A stretch of 64,000 bases of DNA. Source: Longimicrobiales bacterium. Its GTDB lineage: Bacteria; Gemmatimonadota; Gemmatimonadetes; Longimicrobiales; Gaopeijiaceae. Each line of letters starts with the position of its first letter. Within the stretch, counting starts at the first letter, position 1. Of the stretch, positions 46,950-56,800 are shown one piece after another. A program made the position numbers and the translations under genes. The stretch is from contig JAWLHJ010000007.1 of assembly GCA_041690395.1 (NCBI GenBank), positions 96,001 through 160,000 of the forward strand, in the 5' to 3' direction. Below the pieces are notes generated by a model. It was not told the DNA's origin and searched no databases. It saw nothing but the letters and a program-made list of their open reading frames with translations.

Positions 46950-47180
46950 GTGAAAGTCATAGCGAAGGGCCAGGTCACGATTCCGCAGGAGATCCGCGAT
47001 AGATTCGGATTCCTCCCGCACACCGAGGTCGACTTCGAGGTTCGCGACGGAGATGTGGTCCTGGTGAAGGCGGGAGCGGGTCGGCGGGGCAGGAAGGTCG
47101 TCGAGCATCTGCGGGGACGAGGTGACGTCGGGATGACCACGGACGAGATCCTCGAGCTGACGCGGGCCGACCGCGTGTGA
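46950..47180 (+). CDS. AbrB/MazE/SpoVT-family antitoxin-like DNA-binding protein
   Basis: KVIAKGQVTIPQEIRDRFGFLPHTEVDF...MTTDEILELTR. Confidence 0.88.
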   Translation: MKVIAKGQVTIPQEIRDRFGFLPHTEVDFEVRDGDVVLVKAGAGRRGRKVVEHLRGRGDVGMTTDEILELTRADRV

Positions 47181-47196
47181 GCGAGCCGCTACAGCG

Positions 47197-48159
47197 TCAT
47201 CGCGCCGGAGTAGCCAGCATCGCGCCCAGCCGCACCTCGTTGCCCGGCACGCACCGGTCCTCCAGCGTCAGCCGCCCCGGCTCAGTGAGCATCACCACCG
47301 TGCTCCCCAGGTGGAACGCCATCAGCTCGTCACCGCGCCCGATGGACTTCGGCGGAGCATAGACGCGGTCGCGGGGCAGGGTGTCGGTGCGATTCGTGAC
47401 CCATGGACGGCCCCCCGAGGCGCCCTCGCCGCTCCAGGCCGGATCGAACGCGGCCGAGATCCGCCCGACGTTGTAGGCGCCCACCGCCACGATCGCGACC
47501 CGCCCGAGATCCCCGTCGATATGCGCGAGCAGGCGCTCATTCCGCGCGAAAAGGTCGCGGACGTGCCGGACCGCCGCGTCGTTCACCGGGAAAAGCGAGC
47601 CGGGCACGTATCGGGCGGCCGGAATCGTCCCCCCCGCCGGAGCGTGGATCCGGTGGTAGTGCCTCGGGGCCAGATAGATCGTGATGAACTGGCCGCCGTC
47701 GAACCCGGCCGCCCCCTCGGCGCTGCCCAGCAGGTCGGCAGCCGCGTAGTCGAGCCCCTTGGCCTGGATGAGCCGCCCGTCCTCGATCCGCCCGACCTGA
47801 CCCACGATCCCGTCCACCGGGCTCACCAGCCCCGGGTCCGCCGGCCACGTCCGCGCGCCCGCCCTCAGTCGCCGTACGAAGAAGTCGTTCACGGATCCGT
47901 AATCCATGAGCGGGCGCTCGGCCTCGTCAACGTCGATCCCGACGGCCCGGGCGAACGTCCCGAGCACGAGCCGGCGCATAGGTTTGGGGACCGGCGTGTC
48001 GGCGAGCGCGCCCAAGCCGCGGCTCAGGGCCCCCTGAGGGAGGCGGGCCAGCAGCTTGAGGACAGCGCGCCACGGTACGCCCGGGGGGTCGGGGGTGACG
48101 TCGGGCACGCGGGGGGTGTGAGAGGGTGGGGTGGTCATGGGGGTGGAGGTTACGGCCAT
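47197..48159 (-). CDS. psd: Phosphatidylserine decarboxylase proenzyme
   Basis: FFVRRLRAGAR, SPVDG, YLAPRHYHRIHAP, NER, VGAYNVG, self-cleavage FHLGSTVV; start 48159 or 48138. Confidence 0.93.
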   Translation of the reverse strand: MAVTSTPMTTPPSHTPRVPDVTPDPPGVPWRAVLKLLARLPQGALSRGLGALADTPVPKPMRRLVLGTFARAVGIDVDEAERPLMDYGSVNDFFVRRLRAGARTWPADPGLVSPVDGIVGQVGRIEDGRLIQAKGLDYAAADLLGSAEGAAGFDGGQFITIYLAPRHYHRIHAPAGGTIPAARYVPGSLFPVNDAAVRHVRDLFARNERLLAHIDGDLGRVAIVAVGAYNVGRISAAFDPAWSGEGASGGRPWVTNRTDTLPRDRVYAPPKSIGRGDELMAFHLGSTVVMLTEPGRLTLEDRCVPGNEVRLGAMLATPAR

Positions 48160-48271
48160 TCGTTTGCGCGTGGGTGCGTTTCTCGCACCCGGAATCTAGC
48201 TGGCGACAGGCCGCTTCGTCGGCGTCGCGCACCACCGGGGGTGAATCGCCGGCTCCTGCGCTCGGCGCCAA

Positions 48272-48495
48272 CTAGCGCCGTTCTCCCCGGATGATCAGGA
48301 CTTCCCCGGCTTCTAACCTTCCGACCGATGCCACGACCTCGTCCAAAAGAGGAACGGGATCCACGACTCGGTTCGTGACAGCGGCCAGGACTTCTTGACG
48401 CCGGACCATCCGCGGTCGAAGACCGTCTCGACAACCACCCCGCTGAAATGACGTGTCAGCGTGCGGGGCAGGGACTCATCAAGAAGGATTCGCAC
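48272..48495 (-). pseudogene. DUF5615 PIN-like toxin with an internal deletion and frameshift
   Basis: N-terminus (V/M)RILLDESLPRTL...GWSGVK, then in another frame from about 48391 VLAAVTNRVVDPVPLLDEVVASVGRLEAGEVLIIRGERR*; the middle of the domain is missing. Confidence 0.75.
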
Positions 48496-48703
48496 CCGCG
48501 ACCAAGGCCTCCTGAGCGAGCCTGAGCACCTTCATGGCCTGCTCTCGAGAAACGGACGGGAAATCCTCTAGAAACTCATCGAGGGTCTCTCCGGAGGCCA
48601 AGTAGTCGATGAGATTCTGAACCGGGACTCGCGTTCCCCCGAATACCGTCGTACCACCAAGGATCTCGGGATCTTGGCTCAAGAGCTCTGGTTTCGTCTG
48701 CAT
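48479..48703 (-). CDS. DUF433 family antitoxin
   Basis: DPEILGGTTVFGGTRVPVQNLIDYLASGETLDEFLEDFPSV; GGAGGT SD. Confidence 0.92.
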   Translation of the reverse strand: MQTKPELLSQDPEILGGTTVFGGTRVPVQNLIDYLASGETLDEFLEDFPSVSREQAMKVLRLAQEALVAGANPS

Positions 48704-48828
48704 CTCGACCACCTCCGTGTCCGTCAATCTACACCCGGACGGTCGGCCAGGCTCCCCGCCTCCTCATCCCAACGGCACAGAGTGCCCTTGCACACGCTGG
48801 GTCGAGAGTAGCGAGTCCCGACTCGACC

Positions 48829-49026
48829 TCACCCCTCGTCGTCGAAGAACACCTCCTCGATCGGCCGCCCAAACGTCCTGCTGATCTTGAAGGCCAATGG
48901 AAGGCTCGGGGAATACTTGCCCTTCTCGATGGAGTGGACCGTCTGCCGGGAGACGTCCAGGCGCTCGGCGAGGTCGGACTGCGTCCATTCGCGCTCCTCC
49001 CGGAGGGCGCGCACGCGATTCCTCAT
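48829..49026 (-). CDS. XRE/Cro-C1 helix-turn-helix regulator
   Basis: MRNRVRALREEREWTQSDLAERLDVSRQTVHSIEKGKYSPSLPLAFKI; ATGA overlap. Confidence 0.93.
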   Translation of the reverse strand: MRNRVRALREEREWTQSDLAERLDVSRQTVHSIEKGKYSPSLPLAFKISRTFGRPIEEVFFDDEG

Positions 49027-49415
49027 CGGTGGCGCCAGTATGCGGCGGCCAGTCCCCCACACCAGAACGCGCTCAGCCCGATCCAGAGGTGGTTCCAGCC
49101 GATGCCCGAGGGCAGGGCGTCACCCGCGGGTTCGGCGAGGACGGCCAGCGCGAAACACGAAACGGCCAGCGCGACGAACGCGAACGCCAGCGCCTCCACG
49201 TGGATGAGCCGCTGGAGCTCGTCGCCGTGGCGGACGGATCCGATGGCGAAGAGGATCATGGCGAGGCCCGCGAGCAGGGCCGGAACGAAGAGGACGAGTC
49301 CCGCATCGACACCGTCGGCGTAGGCCTCGGCGGCGAGCAGGCTCGGCACGTATACGAGCGCGGCTAGGAGCAGGCGTCGTTGATCCCGTCTCGACCGCTG
49401 CTGGCTGGGTCCCAT
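49023..49415 (-). CDS. Small 4-TM membrane protein, partner of the XRE regulator
   Basis: Hydrophobic segments; DELQRLIHVEALAFAF motif; coupled to the HTH gene. Confidence 0.7.
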   Translation of the reverse strand: MGPSQQRSRRDQRRLLLAALVYVPSLLAAEAYADGVDAGLVLFVPALLAGLAMILFAIGSVRHGDELQRLIHVEALAFAFVALAVSCFALAVLAEPAGDALPSGIGWNHLWIGLSAFWCGGLAAAYWRHR

Positions 49416-49435
49416 GGTGGATCCCTTGTCGCGAA

Positions 49436-49480
49436 GTAAAGGACGCTTTACACTAAGTCATCGAGTAAAGGGTACTTTAC
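49436..49480. promoter_or_regulatory. Twin palindromic operator GTAAAG-N4-CTTTAC
   Basis: gtaaag-gacg-ctttac at 49436-49451 and gtaaag-ggta-ctttac at 49465-49480, in an AT-rich divergent intergenic gap. Confidence 0.8.
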
Positions 49481-49501
49481 ATACGAGAGAGCGAGGGGAC
49501 A

Positions 49502-49795
49502 ATGGATGCGGTGGTGATGACGGTACTGATCGGTGCCTTCGTTTGCGGTGGTGTCTTTCTGGAGGCAGTGGTTCCTCATCTCCCCGGCCTGCTCGGCATC
49601 GACCGCAGAGGTGGTGCGGCCGCTGGGGGCCACGGGGCACCTCCACAGCTGCGGGCGGCGAGGCACACGACCTCAGAGCTCGCGAGCCTCGAGCGTCGCG
49701 TGGACGAGCTCCAGGCCGAGCGGGACTTCTACAAGGCCCTGGCGGAGCCCCGGACCGATGCGGCCGATGCCGAGGTCGAGGGAGGCCAGTCGTGA
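49502..49795 (+). CDS. Small membrane-anchored coiled-coil protein
   Basis: GAGGGG SD; N-terminal TM; ELASLERRVDELQAERDFYKAL; GTGA overlap with the next gene. Confidence 0.65.
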   Translation: MDAVVMTVLIGAFVCGGVFLEAVVPHLPGLLGIDRRGGAAAGGHGAPPQLRAARHTTSELASLERRVDELQAERDFYKALAEPRTDAADAEVEGGQS

Positions 49796-51042
49796 GGGGA
49801 CGGCGCCGCTCGGCGGCGACGCCGGCGCTGAGCGCGATCCTGGGTATCGGCCTCTTCGCCGGGGCGTGCGACCCGTCCGGCGGAGCGCGCCCGGCGGAAT
49901 CGGACGTGGGCCGGGACTCGGCCGGCGTGTGGATCGTGGAGAACGGTGCAGCCGTCGGCTGGCCGGAGGGACGACCGCCGGCCATCCGGGTCGACCTGGA
50001 GATCGGCAGGGCCGACGGGGAGGGCCCCGACGTGTTCGGCAACGTCGTGGCCGTCGACGTGGACTCTGCGGGAGCGATGCATGTTCTGGACCAGCAGGCC
50101 CAGCATGTCGTCGTCTTCGACGCCACGGGCGGGCATCGGCGGACGCTGGGGAGCCCCGGGTCCGGTCCCGGAGAGCTGGGGCCAGCTGCCTCCGCAGTCC
50201 TCGTGGGCCCCGATGGTTCAGTGGCGGTACCGGACGCAGGCAACGCCCGGGTCACGCGCTTCGCGCCCGACGGCTCGACGGATTCGTGGCCGCTGCGGCT
50301 CCAGCAGGGCGTGCCCATCCGTTGGGATGGCCTCGCGGACGGGACACACGTGGCGCAGCTCAGGGCGGTGACGGCCCCACCCTCGGGACTCCCCTCGGAT
50401 GTCATCGTCCGTTACGGAATGGACGGAACCGTCCTGGACACCCTCGGCTCACTGCCCGGGGGAGCCAGCGTCACCGTGGGCGACGACGGCCTTCCCGCCA
50501 TCAGCCTCTTCGAGTCCGAGCCCCTCTGGGACGTGGCGCCCGACGGCATTTTGGTCTGGGCCATGAACGCGGCGTACGAGATCAGAAGGCACGCGCCCGA
50601 CGGCTCCCTGGTGGCGGTGGTGCGTCGTGACTCGGGTCGTCGTCCGGTGTCGCAGCAGGACCGGGCGGTGCTCACCGAGCTGGTGAGGGACATGATGGTG
50701 GACCAGGGCGTGCCGCCGGCCGCGGTGCAGGCGATCTCCAGCCGCATGCGGATCGCCGCCGACTTCCCGGCGCTGGCGGCCGTTCACGTCGGGCGGGACG
50801 GGCGGATCTGGGTGCAGCGCGTGGCGATTCCGTCGGAGGCGGAGGAGGACGACGCGCCCCTCGATCCGATGAACCCGGGCTCGCCCGACTGGGACGTCTT
50901 CGACGGGGACGGGCGGTGGTTGGGGACCGTGCGCCTTCCCGATCGTTTCACCATGATGGCGATCCGGGACGACGCGCTCTACGGAGTCGTCCGAGACGAC
51001 CTGGACGTACAGCGGGTCGTGCGTCTGGGGCTGGAGGGGTGA
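49792..51042 (+). CDS. 6-bladed beta-propeller (NHL-like) lipoprotein
   Basis: Lipobox AGAC; RDSAGVWIVEN; VDSAGAMHVLDQ...GSPGSGPGEL; WDVFDGDGRWLG. Confidence 0.8.
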   Translation: MRGRRRSAATPALSAILGIGLFAGACDPSGGARPAESDVGRDSAGVWIVENGAAVGWPEGRPPAIRVDLEIGRADGEGPDVFGNVVAVDVDSAGAMHVLDQQAQHVVVFDATGGHRRTLGSPGSGPGELGPAASAVLVGPDGSVAVPDAGNARVTRFAPDGSTDSWPLRLQQGVPIRWDGLADGTHVAQLRAVTAPPSGLPSDVIVRYGMDGTVLDTLGSLPGGASVTVGDDGLPAISLFESEPLWDVAPDGILVWAMNAAYEIRRHAPDGSLVAVVRRDSGRRPVSQQDRAVLTELVRDMMVDQGVPPAAVQAISSRMRIAADFPALAAVHVGRDGRIWVQRVAIPSEAEEDDAPLDPMNPGSPDWDVFDGDGRWLGTVRLPDRFTMMAIRDDALYGVVRDDLDVQRVVRLGLEG

Positions 51043-51184
51043 TGACGGCCACCTGGAGCCATCGTCTCAACCAGACATGGCCATTGGCGGGATCCCGCAC
51101 AACTCTTTGACGCCCATCCCGCATCACAGTAGCGTCGCGGTAGGTGGATAACCGCTCCCGTCGCTTCAACCGCGAGGCCTCGCG

Positions 51185-52402
51185 ATGAGCTTTTCGAGAC
51201 GGACCCTGAGCCTGGTGACGGTGCTCCTCATCCTGGGGACGCTGGGCGCGGGGGTGGTGTGGAGGCTTCAGGGCGGGGCCGCAGACGGCGAATCCCCGGA
51301 CGGCGCCGCGTCGGACGACGCCGGAGTCGCCGAGGCGCTCGGGACGGCCACGGGAGCGACCCAGTTCTCGACGGATGTCCCGCAGCCCGTGACCGGGTCG
51401 CCCGCGGTCCGTGACACCCTCTGGATCCGCGTCACCGCCGCCGGCCAGGCCGAGGCCTTCCGCCGCGCGAAGGTCACGGCCCAGCTCGAAGGATGGGTGG
51501 AGGCGGTCTCCGTGCGCGAGAACCAGCGCGTAGCACGCGGGGCCGAGCTGGCGGTCATCGATTCGACGGAGTACGCGCTGAGGGTGGCGCAGGCCCGTGC
51601 CGCGCTGCTGACGGCCGAGGCCGACTTCCGGCAGATGGTTCTCTTCGACGACGAGATCGAGGAGGCGGCCGTGCGGGAGGAGCGTCGGCGGGTCGCCCGC
51701 TCTCGATCGGGGTTGGATCAGGCCGAGGTCGAGCTCCAGCGCGCGGAGTTGGAACTGGCCCGCACACGGATCACCGCGCCGTTCGAGGGCCGGGCAGCGG
51801 ATCTGCTCGTGGTGCCGGGGCAGTACGTCACGCCGGGCACCGAGCTGGTGACGGTCGTCGACCTCGACCCGATCAAGGTGGAGGTGCAGGTGCTCGAGTC
51901 CGAGCTGGCCTTCCTGTCCGAGGGCCGGAGCGCCCAGGTGACCTTCGCGGCCTACCCGGGCGAGCGCTTCACCGGGCGGATCGAGACCATCAACCCGCTC
52001 GTGGACCCGGAGAGCCGGACAGGGCGGGTGACGGTCCTGCTCCCGAATCCGGACGCACGCATCAAGCCCGGGATGTACGCCGAGGTCTCGCTCGACGCCG
52101 AGGCGCTGCCGGACCGGGTCATGGTGCCCCGCTCGGCCATCCTGGAACGCGGGGAAGGGAGGCGTAGAACCATGCTCTTCGTCTACGACGAGTCCGGGGA
52201 TGTCGGGCGGGCCAAATGGCGATACGTGAACGTGGGCCGGGAGAACGACACCCACGTGGAGCTGCTGCGTGAGGGACCGGAGCAGGACTTCGTCGAGCCG
52301 GGCGAGACGGTCCTCGTCGACGGCCACCACTACCTGGCGCACGATACGCCGGTCCGTCTGGTCGAGGACGTCGCGGCGGCGGGAGGGCGACCGGGTGCCT
52401 GA
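51185..52402 (+). CDS. RND efflux periplasmic adaptor (MFP)
   Basis: N-terminal TM; lipoyl halves, TRITAPFEG, INPLVDPESRT, KPGMYA, VPRSAI. Confidence 0.93.
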   Translation: MSFSRRTLSLVTVLLILGTLGAGVVWRLQGGAADGESPDGAASDDAGVAEALGTATGATQFSTDVPQPVTGSPAVRDTLWIRVTAAGQAEAFRRAKVTAQLEGWVEAVSVRENQRVARGAELAVIDSTEYALRVAQARAALLTAEADFRQMVLFDDEIEEAAVREERRRVARSRSGLDQAEVELQRAELELARTRITAPFEGRAADLLVVPGQYVTPGTELVTVVDLDPIKVEVQVLESELAFLSEGRSAQVTFAAYPGERFTGRIETINPLVDPESRTGRVTVLLPNPDARIKPGMYAEVSLDAEALPDRVMVPRSAILERGEGRRRTMLFVYDESGDVGRAKWRYVNVGRENDTHVELLREGPEQDFVEPGETVLVDGHHYLAHDTPVRLVEDVAAAGGRPGA

Positions 52403-53876
52403 GGGTGGGCGGAGGGTGGTCGGCGTCCGGACCGTCCGGTGCGCGGTGATCACGGCGCTTCCGCGGGCTTGCACGTTGGCGACGTCGGGCGCGATCGTGC
52501 TCGTCACCGCCCTGACCGCCCTCGTTCCGCAGTCGGCTTCAGCCCAGGCGGTCTCGCCTCAGGCCACCGGGCAATCCTCCGCGGACACGCTGCGGCTCTC
52601 CCTCGATGACGCGCTCCGGCTCGCCGAAGGCGGCAATCCCGCGTATCGCCAGACGGAGAACAGCCTCGGCCTCAACCCCGTCGAGACCCGCACGACCTGG
52701 CTGGGGGAGCTGATCCCGAGCGTGAGTCTCTCCCTCTTCAACACCAGCTACACGGGCAACCTCCAGCGGCTGGGCGTCGGTCCCCTCGGCGATCCCATCG
52801 AGAACCCGGCCGCGGAGTGGGTCTACTTCTCGAACACGAGCCAGGCGCTGAACGTCTCGTGGCAGTTCCAGGGGCTTTCGCTCTTCGACACCCATCGGCG
52901 GCAGCGCCTGGTCAACCGGGAGCGCGTCCTGGCGAGCAGTGCAGCGCTCACGGGGCTGCGGGTCGACGTGCGGCGCCAGTACATGGACGCGCTGGAGCAG
53001 CGGGAGCTCGCACGGGCTGAAGAGGAGCTGGTCGCCGCCCGGGAGCTCGACCGTGAGGTGGCGGAGCGGCTCTTCTCGATGGCGGCTCGCACCCGGGTCG
53101 ACGTCCTGAACGCCGAGCTGGCCATCGAGCAGCAGCGGCTCGAGCTGCAGCGGCAGGAGAGCGCCTACCAACGGGCGTTGATCTCCCTCGGGACGACCCT
53201 CGGCCTGGACGGGCCGGAGGCGATGGCCCTCGCGGACGAGCCCCTCCCGATCTTCGACCCGGGGACGCTGGACGTGGAGACCCTGGTCCGTCGCGCCTTG
53301 GATGCCAATCCCCGGCTGCGGCAGTCGGAGGTGCAGGTGCGCCAGGCGGACGTCGCCGTCTCGGAGCAGCGCAACAACTGGTGGCCGCAGGTCTCCATGG
53401 GTTTCGACGTGTTCCGGCGTGCGCAGGAGCGGAACGAGGGCGCGCTCTTCGACATGTCGTTCGACCAGGACCTCGACCAGCGCTTCTTCCTCCAGCTCTC
53501 GCTCCCGGTCTTCAACAACTTCTTCGAGAAGCGACGTGCGTCGGAGCAGGCCTCCGTGGAGCTCGACAACCGGCGTGAGGCGGACCGGGAGACGCGGCTC
53601 GAGGTCGAAGAGGAGGTCCGGGTCGCGCGGCTGGAGCTCGAGAACCAATGGGAGACGCTCCGGCTCGCCGAGCGCTCGCGGGAGATCGCCGAAGAGGCGC
53701 TGCGCCTGGCCCGGGAGGAGTACCGGCTGGGGAGCCGCTCGTTCGAGGACCTCCGGTCGAGCTTCGACCAGGAGGCGGAGACCCGGCGCCAGGTGATCGC
53801 GGCGCGGTACGGCTTCGTCGACGCGCTGCTCGACCTCGAAGCCGCCGTAGGCGAGCCCGTGCGTCCGGAGAACTAG
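52395..53876 (+). CDS. TolC family outer-membrane channel
   Basis: LSLDDALRLAEGGNP, NNWWPQVS, LSLPVFN, EEYRLG; start uncertain. Confidence 0.9.
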   Translation: MPEGGRRVVGVRTVRCAVITALPRACTLATSGAIVLVTALTALVPQSASAQAVSPQATGQSSADTLRLSLDDALRLAEGGNPAYRQTENSLGLNPVETRTTWLGELIPSVSLSLFNTSYTGNLQRLGVGPLGDPIENPAAEWVYFSNTSQALNVSWQFQGLSLFDTHRRQRLVNRERVLASSAALTGLRVDVRRQYMDALEQRELARAEEELVAARELDREVAERLFSMAARTRVDVLNAELAIEQQRLELQRQESAYQRALISLGTTLGLDGPEAMALADEPLPIFDPGTLDVETLVRRALDANPRLRQSEVQVRQADVAVSEQRNNWWPQVSMGFDVFRRAQERNEGALFDMSFDQDLDQRFFLQLSLPVFNNFFEKRRASEQASVELDNRREADRETRLEVEEEVRVARLELENQWETLRLAERSREIAEEALRLAREEYRLGSRSFEDLRSSFDQEAETRRQVIAARYGFVDALLDLEAAVGEPVRPEN

Positions 53877-53878
53877 CG

Positions 53879-56800
53879 ATGTCCGTGCCGAGTGTCTCGA
53901 CCCGGAGGCCGGTGGCGGTCTGGATGCTCTTCCTGGCCATCGTGCTCCTCGGCGGGATCTCCTACGCACGGCTGCCGATCGATCTGCTGCCGGACGTGAG
54001 CTATCCCCGGCTGGTGGTCTACACGCTCTACCCGGAGGTCGCGCCCGCCGAGGTGGAGCGGCTGGTGACCGAGCCGGTGGAGGCGTCCGCGGCCGCCGTG
54101 CCGGGGGTCGAGCGGGTGACGTCCACCTCGCGCTACGGCGTGAGCCTGGTGACCCTCCGGTTCGCGTGGGGCACCGACATGGACTTCGCCATGCTCAACG
54201 TGCGCGAGCGCATGGACAACGTGCGCGCCGGGCTCCCGCAGAGCGCCACCCGGCCGGTGATCCTGCGCGTCGACCCGGAGTCCGAGCCGGTCATGACGCT
54301 GTCGGTGGTGGGCGGGGCCGACCTGTGGGCGACGAAGGAGTTCGCCGAGACCGTGTTCCGACGGCGGCTCGAGCAGCTCGACGGGGTCGCGCAGGCCGGG
54401 GTGGCCGGCGGTCTCGACCGGGAGATCCAGGTCGAGGTCGATCCCGGGGCGGTCGACGCCTACGGGCTCACCCTCGCCGAGATCGCCACGGCGCTCGACC
54501 GGGCGAACGTGTCGGCGCCGGGTGGGACCATCCTCCAGGGGCGCTACCGCTATCCGCTCCGGACGCTCGGCGAGTTCCGGACCGTCGAGGAGATCGGCGA
54601 CGTGGTGGTGGCGCGGCGCTCGGACGCGTCCGGCACCCAGGTCATCCGGCTGCGGGACATCGCGCGCGTGATCGACGGCTTCGCCGAGCGCGAGGCGATC
54701 GCCCGCTACGGGGGCACGGAGTCCGTGGGTGTGCTGGTGTTCAAGGAGTCCGGCGCGAATACGGTGCGGGTGGCCGAGCGGGTCGGGGAGGTCATCGCCC
54801 AGCTCGCCGAGGAGTACCCCGACTTCCACGTCGACGTCGCGGGCGACCAGGCGGACTTCATCGCTGCGTCCATCTCGAACGTGGTGCAGGCCCTCGTGCT
54901 CGGAGGCCTGCTGGCGTTCCTGGTGCTCTTCCTGTTCCTGCGGGATAGCCGCTATCCGTTCGCCATCGCTTTGGCCATCCCCATCTCGGTGGTGGCCACG
55001 TTCGCCCTAATGGACGCGGCGGGCGTGAGCCTGAACATCATGAGCCTGGGCGGGCTCGCGCTCGGTGTCGGGATGCTCGTCGACAACTCGATCATCGTGC
55101 TGGAGAACATCTTCCGGCACCGGGAGGAGCTCGGGCGAGGCGCGGCGGAGGCGGCGGCCGTCGGCGCCGAGGAGGTCCAGTCGGCCATCACGGCATCGAC
55201 GCTCACCACGATCTCGGTGTTCGGGCCGATCATCTACGTGGAGGGCGTAGCCGGCGAGCTGTTCAAGGACCTCTCGCTGGCGGTGGCGTTCTCCCTGCTC
55301 GCCTCGCTGCTGGTGGCGCTCACGCTGCTGCCGTCGCTGGCGGCGCGGTTCGGGGGCGGCGTGGAGGGTGCCGGGGCGGGGCCGGACGGCCTCGGAGCGG
55401 GGGTGGAGGGTGTCGGCGGGAGCGTGGACGGTGCAGGGAATGGACGCGCCACGAGCATCCCGGGCGCAGGCCACGGCTCGGCCGGTCCCCCCGGCTGGCT
55501 CCGCCGCATCGGCCGGATGGCCCGGGCGGCGGTCCACGCACCCTTCCTCGCCCTCGCCTGGCTCGGCCGACTCGCCCGCGACCTGGTCGTCTTCTGGGCT
55601 ACGGAGGTGGGCCGACTACTCGGCCGCGTGTTCGGGCCGTCCCTCCGCGCCTTCGACCGGGCGTTCGACCGCTTCGCCGTGCGGTATCACACCGCCCTCG
55701 AGTGGGCGCTGGACCACCCCGGGGGGGTGCTGGGCGCCTCGGTCCTCGTGCTGGTCGTGACGGCCGCTGTCGGCGCGACGCTGCCCCGCGACCTGCTTCC
55801 GCATGTGGATCAGGGCGCGTTCACCGTGCGGCTCGAGCTCGAGGAAGGGACGTCGCTCGAAGCCACGTCCGAAGCTGCCGCGGTCGTCGAGGCGGCCGCG
55901 CTCGGCGACGAGGAGGTCGAGGCCGTGTTCAGCACCGTGGGCCGCGACGCTCGCGCGTACGCCACGGGGGACCGGGCGGTCGGCCTCCACACGGCGACGG
56001 CCGAAGTCCGCATGCGTCGGGGGGGTGACACCGAGGCGGCCGCGGACAGGATGCGGACGCTGGAGGATCGCTTCGCCGAGGGGGCGCTGTCCGTGGAGAC
56101 CGGCCAGGCCACGGCGCTCGGCGCGATGCTCGGAGGAAGCGAGGCCGACATCTCCGTCCGCGTACGGAGCGAGGACCTCGACCTCGCGTTCGCGCGTGCC
56201 GAGCAGGTCGCGGATCTCCTCGGCGGCGTCGCGGCGCTGGGCAACGTTCGCGTTGGGACGGAGCGCGGACAGCCACAGCTCCAGATCGAGATCGACCGGG
56301 CCGCGTGTGCCAGCTACGGGATCGAGCCCACGCTGGTGGCCGACCTCGTGGACCGCGCGATGCGCGGGGCGGTGGCGACCGAGTTCGTGGACTTCGACCG
56401 GAAGATCGACGTCGTCGTGCGGTATCCGGACGAGCTTCGCTACTCCCGCGCGACCCTCGACGCCCTGCGCGTCCAGGGCGTGCCGCTCCGGAGCCTCGTC
56501 CACGTCCAGGAGGTGCTCGCGCCCGCCGAGATCCGACGTGAAGATCAGGCCCGCGTGGTGCCCGTCTACGCCGACGTGCTGCGCGGCGGGCTCGATGCGG
56601 CAGTGGCCGACGTGCAGGAGGCGCTCGCGCCCCTGCCGATCAGCTCCGACGTCCGGTGGGAGGTCGGCGGCGAGAACGAGGAGATGCGACGCTCGTTCCG
56701 CGACCTGGCGTTCGCGTTCGGCCTCGCGTTGCTGCTGGTCTACATGATCCTCGCGGCCCAGTTCGAGTCGTTCGTGCACCCGCTCACGATCCTGATCGCG

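Noticed and set aside
47177..47362. 61-aa ORF as the cognate toxin
   Set aside because: Almost entirely antisense to psd and has no PIN acidic motif
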